From contig CAVSZB010000007.1 of assembly GCA_963732385.1 (NCBI GenBank), positions 960,001-1,024,000 of the forward strand: DNA of 64,000 bases, in the 5' to 3' direction. This DNA comes from an uncultured bacterium (GTDB lineage: Bacteria; Krumholzibacteriota; Krumholzibacteriia; LZORAL124-64-63). This document shows, piece by piece, positions 1 through 8,244 of this stretch. Under the pieces are notes generated by a model. That model was not told the DNA's origin. It searched no databases and was given only the letters and a program-made list of their open reading frames with translations. Numbering within the stretch: position 1 is the first letter of the stretch; each line of letters opens with the position of its first letter. The position numbers and the translations under genes are program-made.

Positions 1-167
1 ACCCGGCGCACGTCCTCATCGGTGGCGAAGTCGAACGGCAGGCTGTGGAGGGCGGCCAGTTCGCGCACCGTGGACAGGCGCAGGGAGCCGTCGAGATGGA
101 CGTGGAGATCGGTCTTGGGCAGCGCCCTCAGGAAAGCGATCCCGGGGCGCCCGACGGAATCGGTCAT
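1..167 (-). CDS. add: Adenosine deaminase (5' part only; runs off window start; absent from the supplied ORF track)
   Basis: Manual translation from ATG 167: MTDSVGRPGIAFLRALPKTDLHVHLDGSLRLSTV. LPKxDLHxHLDGS is the adenosine deaminase metal-binding motif; GGGAGG RBS upstream. Confidence 0.85.
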   Translation of the reverse strand, partial: MTDSVGRPGIAFLRALPKTDLHVHLDGSLRLSTVRELAALHSLPFDFATDEDVRR

Positions 168-390
168 GCGTACCTCCCGAGGGGACAAGAGATTGTCGAT
201 GCGGTCGGTCTGACCCGGCTGGAGTGCGACTCAGCTCCCAGCCGCGCCGCGCCCGGCATCCGACCCGCGCCGCAGGCCGGAACACCCCGCATCGACAAAT
301 CGGAGAAAACAGTGGCAGACGGCGATCGGCCCGTCTCCAGTACTTTAGAGGATACAGGCTGGCGGCCGTCCCGGCAAGAGCGAGCGGTAT

Positions 391-419
391 TGGACAAGCC
401 CGCGGCAGCGCGATATATT
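391..419 (+). promoter_or_regulatory. Sigma70-type promoter for the outer-membrane protein gene
   Basis: TGGACA-N17-TATATT about 40 bp upstream of the ATG. Confidence 0.55.
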
Positions 420-460
420 CAAGCGTCTCTACCTCACGATTGCCCGAAAGGAGCATGTCC

Positions 461-1243
461 ATGCCGCGGGTCTGGAAGCTCTTTGCGGCGGCAGCCTCGC
501 TGCCTGCCGTGCTGTTGATCTTCGCCGTGCTGGCCGCCGACCGGGCAGTCGCACAGGAGCAGGCCGGCATTACCGGCGCCGTCGAAGACACGACCGTCGC
601 CGCCGGCCCGGTTTCCGCCGACGCTCCGCCGGCAACCACGCGCCACAAGCACACCCATCTGCTCGCGGTTTCCGCGCACGGCGGCTGGCGAGTGCCGGTG
701 CGCATCCTCAAGGAGAACAAGCGCAACATCAACGACATCATGTCGTCCAGCACCGGCTTCGATGCCGGTCTGCGCTGCTATCTCCTCGATGGTCTGGCCC
801 TGGGAGCGCGGTACGCGCGCGGCGGGCTCGACCTGACGGACAACACCCTGGACCTGGCCCGCTTCAGCCTCACCGGCGACGAATATCTGAAACTCGACTG
901 CTATACCGTCTGGTTTTCGGCGTATCTCGGCAACGCCCTGATGCCGGATTCCCGGTTCAACCCCTACCTGACGCTGAGCGCCAGCAAGTACGATTGGGCT
1001 TTCAACCGGGGGGGCCGTGACGGCGAAACGTACATCATCCTCGAAACGCCGGTTATGGGCAAGGATATCGGGGTGGCCGGAGGAATCGGCTGCGAGTACG
1101 CGCTCGGCAGCCGGCTCTGGCTGGAGACCGAGTGGATCTGGAACTACGTCTTCACCGAACTGGACCGCTCGGACGACGTCTTCAGCGTTTGGACCAACAC
1201 GCACTACTGGAATCTGGGCCTCGGGCTGGTCCTCGGTTTCTGA
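461..1243 (+). CDS. Outer-membrane beta-barrel protein (OmpA/OmpW-like barrel)
   Basis: Signal peptide ending AVA-Q, alternating amphipathic strands, NPY motif, C-terminal Phe (LGLVLGF); AAGGAG RBS. Confidence 0.7.
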   Translation: MPRVWKLFAAAASLPAVLLIFAVLAADRAVAQEQAGITGAVEDTTVAAGPVSADAPPATTRHKHTHLLAVSAHGGWRVPVRILKENKRNINDIMSSSTGFDAGLRCYLLDGLALGARYARGGLDLTDNTLDLARFSLTGDEYLKLDCYTVWFSAYLGNALMPDSRFNPYLTLSASKYDWAFNRGGRDGETYIILETPVMGKDIGVAGGIGCEYALGSRLWLETEWIWNYVFTELDRSDDVFSVWTNTHYWNLGLGLVLGF

Positions 1244-1269
1244 TCCCTTTTCCCGCGGCCCCGCGCGCA

Positions 1270-1297
1270 AAGGCGCCCCGGTCAACCGGGGCGCCTT
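1270..1297. terminator. Hairpin between convergent genes, probable bidirectional terminator
   Basis: AAGGCGCCCCGG-TCAA-CCGGGGCGCCTT perfect 12-bp stem. Confidence 0.7.
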
Positions 1298-1327
1298 CTG
1301 CTTGCGTCAGGACGCCACTGTCCCCAC

Positions 1328-2596
1328 TCAGGTGCCCGACGCGTAATCGTCCTGGTACCGGATCTGCTCCGGGGTGAGGCTGTCGACCGCCACGCCGAGC
1401 GTGCGCAGCTTCAGGCCGGCCAGCATCTGGTCCTGGGAATCCGGGATGTCGTGCACGCTGGCGTCGAGGGTGCGCCCCTCCGCCGCCAGCCTGATCAGGC
1501 TGAGGAACTGGTTCGCGAAGGACATGTCCATGACCTCGCTGGGATGCCCCTCGGCGGCGGCGAGATTGACCAGGCGCCCCTTGGCCAGCACGTAGATACG
1601 GCGGCCGTCGGGCAGCGTGTACTCTTCGCAGTTGGCCCGGATCTCCCGCACCGATTTCGCCAGGCCGGCCAGGTCGGTGAGGTTGATCTCGCAATCGTAG
1701 TGACCTGTATTGCAGACGATCGCGCCGTCCTTCATGCTCTCGAAGTGACGCTTCACGATCACGTCCTTCATGCCGGTGGCCGTGATGAAGATATCGCCGA
1801 CGCGGGCCGCCTCGTCCATCGGCAGGACCCGGTGGCCGTGCAGGACCGCCTTGAGCGCCGCCGTCGGCTTGATCTCCGTGCAGATGACGCTGGCGCCCAG
1901 ACCGTGCGCGCGCATGGCGCAGCCCCAGCCGCAGTGCCCGAAGCCGGCCACGACGAAATTCTTCCCGGCCAGCAGCACGCTCGTGGCGCGCAGGATACCG
2001 TCGATACTCGACTGCCCGGTGCCGAAAACGTTGTCGAAGTCCCACTTCGTCTCGGCGTCGTTGACGGCAATGACCGGGTACTTCAGGGCGCCGGCGGCGG
2101 CCATGGCGCGCAGCCGATGCACACCGGTCGTCGTCTCCTCCGTGCCGCCGATGATCGTCTTCGCCAGTTCCGGATGCCGGTTATGGACCGAGAAGATAAG
2201 GTCGGCGCCGTCGTCGAGCGTCAGCGTGGGGCGGAAGTCGAGCGTGCGGTCGATGGCCCAGTAGAACTCCTCGGTGTTCATGCCGTGCCAGGCGAAGATC
2301 GGCACGCCCAGATCGGCCAGCGCGGCCGCCACCTCGTCCTGCGTCGAGAGCGGATTGCAGCCGGACCACGACACCTCGGCACCCGCGGCCACGAGCGTCT
2401 TCACCAGGACCGCGGTCTCCTTCGTCACGTGGAGACAGCCCGCCACGCGCATGCCGCGCAGACTCTGCTTGCGCGCATGCTCCTCGCGCAACGCCATGAG
2501 CACCGGCATGCGGGCCTCCGCCCAGTCGATCTTCAGGTGGCCCTGGGGCGCCAGGCCGGGGTCGGCCACCTTGCAGGCAAGCTTCTGGTCAGCCAT
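1328..2596 (-). CDS. ahcY: Adenosylhomocysteinase (SAH hydrolase)
   Basis: GCLHVTKET, CNPLSTQD, DDGADL, EETTTG, KWDFDNVFGTGQS, GRLVNLAAAEGHP motifs. Confidence 0.97.
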   Translation of the reverse strand: MADQKLACKVADPGLAPQGHLKIDWAEARMPVLMALREEHARKQSLRGMRVAGCLHVTKETAVLVKTLVAAGAEVSWSGCNPLSTQDEVAAALADLGVPIFAWHGMNTEEFYWAIDRTLDFRPTLTLDDGADLIFSVHNRHPELAKTIIGGTEETTTGVHRLRAMAAAGALKYPVIAVNDAETKWDFDNVFGTGQSSIDGILRATSVLLAGKNFVVAGFGHCGWGCAMRAHGLGASVICTEIKPTAALKAVLHGHRVLPMDEAARVGDIFITATGMKDVIVKRHFESMKDGAIVCNTGHYDCEINLTDLAGLAKSVREIRANCEEYTLPDGRRIYVLAKGRLVNLAAAEGHPSEVMDMSFANQFLSLIRLAAEGRTLDASVHDIPDSQDQMLAGLKLRTLGVAVDSLTPEQIRYQDDYASGT

Positions 2597-2656
2597 TCGT
2601 TCTCCCGTCGGTTAGGGATCGGTTGCCGGACGATCGTGGGTCAGCCCCGCGCCCGG

Positions 2657-3694
2657 TCATGCGCTCACATCAGCCGGCGTGCCGGCGGCAGCGGGCCGGG
2701 CAGCCACCGCCAGGAACAGGTCCGGCCACCCGGCGCCGTCGCGACGCCGGCGCCCGCCGGCGGGCGGGGCGGCGGGCCGAGTCGCATAGGCCAGCGGCGC
2801 CAGCCCCGCCTGGCGCAGCAGCCGTTCCAGTTCATCCCGCGCGAAGCCGAGCCACTGGTGACCCCGCTCCTCCCGCATCCAGGCCTGCTCGTGCCGCGTG
2901 AAATCGAGCAGCACGACGCGTCCGCCCGGACGCACGACCCGCGCCAGCTCGGCCAGCGCCGTGGCCGGTCGCGCCACATGCCTCAGGACCATCGAGGCAA
3001 ACGCGGCATCGCACACTCCGTCGCGCAGGGGCAGCGCCTGCACGTCGGCACGCTCAAAGGTGATCCCCGTCAGCCGTTCCCGCGCGCACGCCTCGCGGGC
3101 ACGATCCAGCATGGCTGAGCTGCTGTCGACCGCGATCACCTGGCAGCCTGCCGCCGCCAGCAGCGGCAGCAGGGCCCCGGTGCCAGTGCCGACATCAAGC
3201 ACCCGCAGACCGGGCGGGACGAGAGCAGCCACCGCGGCCAGGTGGAGTTCTGAACTTTCGAAGTCCCGACGGATGTCGTCCCAGCGCCGGGCCGCCCCGG
3301 CGAAAAAGCGCCCGGCCCGCGCGTCCCGCTCGCGCAGGACCGCGGCCAGCGCGACGTCGTCGGCGACGACGCCGGGCAGCGTTCCCGCGGCCGCGAGCAC
3401 CCCGTCATGCAGCGCGACACCGCCCGCGAATTCGGCCGCTGCGACCGCGGCGTACCAGCTCCAGGTCCCTTCGCGCCGCTGCCGGATCCAGCCCGCCTCG
3501 CGCAGCAGGGCCAGATGCCGGGAAACCTGCGGCTGCCCCGCCCCCAGGACCCGCACGAGTTCCTGCACGTTCAGCTCTTCCCGCCGCAACAGCCACAGCA
3601 GACGCAGCCGGGTCGGATCGCTCACCGCCCGCAGGATCTCCTGGGGAGCGGGAGCCGACGCTCCTGGCTGGCTGGAGGCTATATATCCCTTCAT
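2657..3694 (-). CDS. ArsR HTH + SAM-dependent methyltransferase fusion regulator (SahR-like)
   Basis: N-terminal SDPTRLRLL...QPQVSRHLALLREAG (ArsR), C-terminal VLDVGTGTG methyltransferase; directly upstream of ahcY; start 3694 or 3700. Confidence 0.85.
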   Translation of the reverse strand: MKGYIASSQPGASAPAPQEILRAVSDPTRLRLLWLLRREELNVQELVRVLGAGQPQVSRHLALLREAGWIRQRREGTWSWYAAVAAAEFAGGVALHDGVLAAAGTLPGVVADDVALAAVLRERDARAGRFFAGAARRWDDIRRDFESSELHLAAVAALVPPGLRVLDVGTGTGALLPLLAAAGCQVIAVDSSSAMLDRAREACARERLTGITFERADVQALPLRDGVCDAAFASMVLRHVARPATALAELARVVRPGGRVVLLDFTRHEQAWMREERGHQWLGFARDELERLLRQAGLAPLAYATRPAAPPAGGRRRRDGAGWPDLFLAVAARPAAAGTPADVSA

Positions 3695-3732
3695 ACGCAT
3701 TAATGAATACCAAAGGCCCGGACAGCCGTCAA
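3690..3732 (-). promoter_or_regulatory. Probable promoter of sahR-ahcY with an overlapping short palindrome
   Basis: TTGACG-N17-TATTCA on the minus strand; TTCAT-N8-ATGAA inverted repeat at 3690-3707. Confidence 0.45.
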
Positions 3733-3782
3733 GTGGTGGAATCCGCTCTGCCGTGTCTTGGCACCCGCCGCGGAGCGATGGG

Positions 3783-5099
3783 TCAGGTGGAAACGACCGG
3801 GGTCGCAACGCCGGTCGGGCCGAGGCAGGCGTACCACAGCAGGTCGGTCAACGGCAGCACCGGCAAAGCCGGCGAGCGTTTCCCCAGCGCGGCCTGGATC
3901 TGGCCTAGGCAGCCGGGATTGCCGGTCACCACGAGATCCGCTCCGGTCGCGGCCAGGTTGCCCGCCTTGCGCCGGCCCATCCGCGCCGACAGGTCAGGAT
4001 GCAGCAGCGCGTACGGTCCGCCGCTGCCGCAACAGACCTCCGCTTCCTCCGGATCGACGATCGTCAGGCCGGGGATGCGCGCCAGCAGCGCGCGCGGCTC
4101 GCGCACGATCCCCTGGCCGTGTCGCGCGTGGCAGGGATCGTGGTAGACGACGCGCAGCGGCATCGTTTGCGCCGGCGGCAGCGACCGCCCGGCCAGCAGC
4201 ACGGCGGCATCGCGCACCCGGTCCGCCAGCGCGGGCGGGGAATGCCGCAGTTCCAGACCGCAGCCGGCCGCCTCCACCACAACCACGTCCATCCCGTCGA
4301 CCGGCGCGAAGGCCGCCAGGTTCACCGCGCGCGACCGCGCTGCTGTCTCTGACTGGCCGGCGTGCGCCGCCAGCGCGCCACAGCAGGTCTGTCCCCCGAC
4401 CTCCACCAGTTCGCAGCCGGCCGCCACGAGCAGCGCGCGCAGGCGACGCTGCGACGCCGGCAGCAGGTCGGCGCTGGCGCAGCCGGCGAAAAGGGCGACG
4501 CGCAGCGGAGGGCCGGACGCGCCGGCCGGCGTCGTCAGCGGCGGCCTCTCCACCGCGGGCAAGGGCGTTCGCCCCGCGCCTGCCCGCGCGGTCAGGCGGT
4601 CCAGCAGCCGCACCAGGGCGGCGTCGCCGGGGGACCACGGCACGCTCGCCGCGAGATGCCGCAGCATCGCCGCCGGTCCGCGCCCGCCTGGCCCGGCGAA
4701 GGCGCGGACCGGCACCGTCGCGGCGCGCAGCCCCCGCAGGACGCCGCGCCGCGCCAGGAGGGAGGCCATGACCCGGGCGCCGGCGCCGCGTCGAGCCGCG
4801 TGCCCGAGCGCCTTGGCCGCCTCGAACAGATCGAGCGCCACGCCGCTCGGGCAGGCGGTGATGCAGGCCTGACAGCCGAGACACTGGTCGAAGGCGGTCA
4901 GGGCGGACGGCTCGGGCGGCCGTTCCGGAGCGGCCAGCAGTTCCCCGAGCAACAGCAGCCGCCCGCGCGGCGACTGCGCCTCGCTGCCGGTGGCGAGATA
5001 GGTGGCGCAGTGCGGCAGGCAGAGACCGCACTGGATGCAGGAGCGGAGCAGACGGTCGAGGCGCGCGCGCAGCGCGGGGTCATCGCTCGGGAGGCTCAC
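3783..5099 (-). CDS. glcF: GlcF-type Fe-S subunit of a glycolate/lactate dehydrogenase (2x[4Fe-4S] + 2 CCG domains)
   Basis: CIQCGLCLPHC, SPRGR, CLGCQACITACPSG, QTCCGAL, YHDPCH, CCGSGG, NPGC; GTG start overlaps the upstream stop (GTGA). Confidence 0.88.
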   Translation of the reverse strand: MSLPSDDPALRARLDRLLRSCIQCGLCLPHCATYLATGSEAQSPRGRLLLLGELLAAPERPPEPSALTAFDQCLGCQACITACPSGVALDLFEAAKALGHAARRGAGARVMASLLARRGVLRGLRAATVPVRAFAGPGGRGPAAMLRHLAASVPWSPGDAALVRLLDRLTARAGAGRTPLPAVERPPLTTPAGASGPPLRVALFAGCASADLLPASQRRLRALLVAAGCELVEVGGQTCCGALAAHAGQSETAARSRAVNLAAFAPVDGMDVVVVEAAGCGLELRHSPPALADRVRDAAVLLAGRSLPPAQTMPLRVVYHDPCHARHGQGIVREPRALLARIPGLTIVDPEEAEVCCGSGGPYALLHPDLSARMGRRKAGNLAATGADLVVTGNPGCLGQIQAALGKRSPALPVLPLTDLLWYACLGPTGVATPVVST

Positions 5100-7615
5100 G
5101 GCGCCCCCACCGGCAATCGCGGCAGCCAAGACGGGCGCGGCAGCCGGTCGCCGGGATCGAACAGCGCCTTCAGCCCCGCGAGCAGCGGGAGAGTCTGCAG
5201 ATCGGCGGGCGGCGGCGGTTCCGTGAACGCGCCGTCGCGCACGATGGCGTCGAGCTGCCAGGCCTCCGCCATATCGTCGTGGAGCGGCTCCGGCGATCCC
5301 GCGCCTTGCGGGCACCGCGCGATCCAGACCAGGCGCGGCGCGGTCTGGAACACGACGCCCTCCCCCGCTCCGCCCGGCCAGCCGCGCGGCACGCCGCGCG
5401 GCGCCAGCAGGTCCCACGTCCGGCCCGCGCGCGCCCATGTCGGCCACCACGGATGCACGGCGAGTCTGGCCAGTTGCGCGAAGGGAAGCCGTATCTCGTC
5501 CAGGTCGCGCAGTCCAGCCGGGCCGAGAAGCGCCGTGAGCCGTTCCGCGCGCCGGTCCAGGTCCCAGGGACGATCGCGGCCCCCGGCGACGACCAGCAGC
5601 GACCAGCCGTCGACGGGTGTCCACCGGCCGGCGCACACCGCGCCGGCCAGGTCGGCGCCCCAGGTCGCCAGTTCGCGCGCCAAAGGAGCAAGGTCGGGTG
5701 GCGGCGCGCCGGGCCGGCTGACACCGCGCCAGGCGGCCACGGTCTCGGGCAGCGGCTTGAGTTGCAGCGTCGCCCCGGTCACGCGCGCCAGCGCCCCGCC
5801 CGCCCCGCAGAGCAGCCGCGCCAGATCGTACCCGGCGACATTCTTGAAGACCGGCGCGCCGGCGCGCAGCGCCCGGCCATTGCCGGTCACGGCCCACACC
5901 TCGAGCAGCGAATCGCGCAGGGGACCGGTGCCCAGCAGCGAGGGGCAGGGCAACCCGCGGTCGATCGCCTCGCGCAGCGCGGGGGCAGTTCCGAGCCCGA
6001 CCCCGCCCGCCTCGGCAACGACCGCGCCGCACGGGACCCAGAGGCCGCGCGCCAGCGCCAGCGCCTGGATCTCCGCCAGCGGCGCCTCGCCCGGCGCACG
6101 CACCGTGAGCGATTCCCAGGCGAAACTGATCTCCTGCGGCGCCAGCGCCAGCGCCCGCGCAGGCGCCGGTGCGCCAGGCGACGGCGGCGGCGGCAGCGCC
6201 TTGCCCGGGTTGACCAGCACGCGTGGATCGAACAGTTGTTTCACGCCCCGCATCAGGTCGGCCGCGACCGGGTCGAGCTGCCGCCCGATCACGTGCAGTT
6301 TCTCCAGGCCGACGCCATGTTCGCCGGTCACGCTGCCGTCGAGCGCCAGCGTGGCGGCCAGGATCTCGTCCGCCGCCAGGTGCGCGCGGCGGGTCAGATC
6401 GGCGTCGCGATCATCGTAGTGGACGCCGGGGTGCAGATTGCCATCGCCGGCGTGGAAGACGGTCGCCACCCGCACGCCATGGCTCCGACCGATCTCGCCG
6501 ACCAGGCGCACGATCTCCGGCAGCCGCGCCAGCGGGACCACGACATCCATGGTGACGTAGTTGGGCGCGAGGCGTCCCACGGCGCCAAACGCCTTCTTGC
6601 GGCAACGCCAGAGCGCCGCCCGCTCTTCGTCATCAACGGCCCGACGCACCTCGCGGGCGCCACGCTCGCCCAGCAGCCGCGCCGCGCGGTCCGCGTCCTC
6701 GGCCACGGCCTCGGCCAGCCCGCCGAACTCCACGATCATGGCCGCTTCGACGTCGGTCGGGAAACCGAAGTGGAACGCCTCCTCCACCGCCTCGAGCATC
6801 GCCTGGTCGACCATCTCCACCGCTTCGGGCAGCAATCCGGTGCCCATCAGGGCCACCACGGCAGCCGTAGCGTCGTCGAGCCTGGGGAACAGCGCCAGCA
6901 GGGTGATCAGCGTTGGCGGTTCCGGTGTCAGCCGCACGCGCGCGGAAGTGACGAGGCCAAGCGTGCCCTCGCTGCCGGTCAGCAACGCGCGCAGGTCGAA
7001 GCCGCGTTCGTACGGGAGGCCGGCGCCGGTGACGCACAGCTGCCCCTGTGCGTCCACCCACTCCAGCGCGAGGACGTGATTGAGCGTAACACCAACCTTC
7101 AGCGTATGTGGCCCGCCGGCGTTCTCGGCGACATTGCCCCCCAGCGTGGCGGCGCTCTGGCTGCTCGGATCGGGCGCGAAACAGAGGCTGTACGGGCGCG
7201 CCGCCCGGGAGAGACGCTCGTTCACCACGCCGGCCCCGGCATCGGCGCGACCGGCCTCCGCCGCGATGATGCAGCGGTCGAGCCGCGCCAGTCCGATCAC
7301 CAAAGCACCCGCGGGCGGCACCGCCCCGCCCGACAGACCGGTGCCCGCGCCCCGCGCCACCCACGGCACCCCGTGGCGCGCACAGGCCGCCACCACGGCG
7401 GCAGCCTGCGCGGCGTCGCGCGGCAGAGCCACCCCCAGCGGCGATCCCCCCGCAAGGTGCGAGGCATCGCGGGCATAGACCGCGCGGGCGGCCGGATCGA
7501 CCAGCAGTTCCCGCGGACCGAGCAGACGACGCAGGTCGCGCAGCAGCGCCAGGCCGGCCGACGCGGCGACGGGAACGGCGGAACCGCAGGCGGTGATGAC
7601 GGGCGACAGCGGCAA
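5096..7615 (-). CDS. glcD: FAD-linked hydroxy-acid oxidase, GlcD fused to a GlcE-like domain
   Basis: GAGTGLSGG, PDPSS, GGNVAENAGG, GSEGTLG, HAGDGNLH, GEHGVG, FDP..NPGK, then a Pro-rich linker and a second module with KNVAGYDL...LKALFDP; TTG start with GGAGAG RBS. Confidence 0.88.
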   Translation of the reverse strand: MPLSPVITACGSAVPVAASAGLALLRDLRRLLGPRELLVDPAARAVYARDASHLAGGSPLGVALPRDAAQAAAVVAACARHGVPWVARGAGTGLSGGAVPPAGALVIGLARLDRCIIAAEAGRADAGAGVVNERLSRAARPYSLCFAPDPSSQSAATLGGNVAENAGGPHTLKVGVTLNHVLALEWVDAQGQLCVTGAGLPYERGFDLRALLTGSEGTLGLVTSARVRLTPEPPTLITLLALFPRLDDATAAVVALMGTGLLPEAVEMVDQAMLEAVEEAFHFGFPTDVEAAMIVEFGGLAEAVAEDADRAARLLGERGAREVRRAVDDEERAALWRCRKKAFGAVGRLAPNYVTMDVVVPLARLPEIVRLVGEIGRSHGVRVATVFHAGDGNLHPGVHYDDRDADLTRRAHLAADEILAATLALDGSVTGEHGVGLEKLHVIGRQLDPVAADLMRGVKQLFDPRVLVNPGKALPPPPSPGAPAPARALALAPQEISFAWESLTVRAPGEAPLAEIQALALARGLWVPCGAVVAEAGGVGLGTAPALREAIDRGLPCPSLLGTGPLRDSLLEVWAVTGNGRALRAGAPVFKNVAGYDLARLLCGAGGALARVTGATLQLKPLPETVAAWRGVSRPGAPPPDLAPLARELATWGADLAGAVCAGRWTPVDGWSLLVVAGGRDRPWDLDRRAERLTALLGPAGLRDLDEIRLPFAQLARLAVHPWWPTWARAGRTWDLLAPRGVPRGWPGGAGEGVVFQTAPRLVWIARCPQGAGSPEPLHDDMAEAWQLDAIVRDGAFTEPPPPADLQTLPLLAGLKALFDPGDRLPRPSWLPRLPVGAP

Positions 7616-7659
7616 GGTCTCTCCGCACGATCAGGTCGAAGGGCGCCAGGGATCCTGTT

Positions 7660-8214
7660 TCAGATCAGGTCGCGCACGATTTCGGGGCGGGGGTTGGCGA
7701 TGATCGCGGTCTGGACGAGCATCCCCTTGCCCCGCGCGACCGCCGCGGCGCTCTCCACGGCGGCCGTGACCGCCGCGAGCTGCCCCGTGAAGGTGAGAAA
7801 CGCCTTGCCGCCGAGCGCCATGGCGAGACGCATCTCCATGAATTCCACCGACGCGGTCTTCGCGGCGGCGTCGGCCGCCTCGAGCATCGTGGAGACGCTG
7901 AAGGTCTCGACCAGGCCGAGGGCGTCGAGCGAGCCGGGCTGGCAGACGTTGCCCAGGGCCGGCAGCAGCGCCGGGTGGGCATGCGGCAGGATCATCTCGT
8001 CGACCAGCGACTCCGCCGCCGTGGCCGCTCCCGCGGCAACGCTCGCGCGGACCGCGCCGACATCCCCTTCGATCAGCACGACGTACTTGCCGGAGCAGAC
8101 GGAGCGGTTCATCAGCAGCCGTACGTCGGCCGCCTTGAGCATGGCGTCGGCCGACTCGATGCCACGCACGACATTACTGGTTTCGACCATGCCGAGTGAC
8201 GGATTGCTGCTCAT
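7660..8214 (-). CDS. pduT: Tandem-domain bacterial microcompartment shell protein (BMC-T), PduT-like
   Basis: Two BMC repeats (LGMVET...ADAMLKAADV...GDVGAV; LGLVET...ADAAAKTASV...LGGKA); VCSGKY retains the PduT Fe-S-ligand Cys; 184 aa. Confidence 0.9.
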   Translation of the reverse strand: MSSNPSLGMVETSNVVRGIESADAMLKAADVRLLMNRSVCSGKYVVLIEGDVGAVRASVAAGAATAAESLVDEMILPHAHPALLPALGNVCQPGSLDALGLVETFSVSTMLEAADAAAKTASVEFMEMRLAMALGGKAFLTFTGQLAAVTAAVESAAAVARGKGMLVQTAIIANPRPEIVRDLI

Positions 8215-8244
8215 GCCTGCTCCTTCGCGGCCCGACCGGCGACC

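Noticed and set aside
2597..2656. Possible SAH or SAM riboswitch upstream of ahcY
   Set aside because: Only 60 bp, with no GAGGAGCG/CAGGCTC SAH core or SAM-I core; the protein regulator upstream explains control.
5100..6032. Long N-terminal extensions in the ORF track (glcF here; also pyrD, the deacetylase, the 50565 kinase, the vWA gene and the cupin)
   Set aside because: They overlap real upstream genes; the true starts are marked by RBSs or stop/start overlaps.
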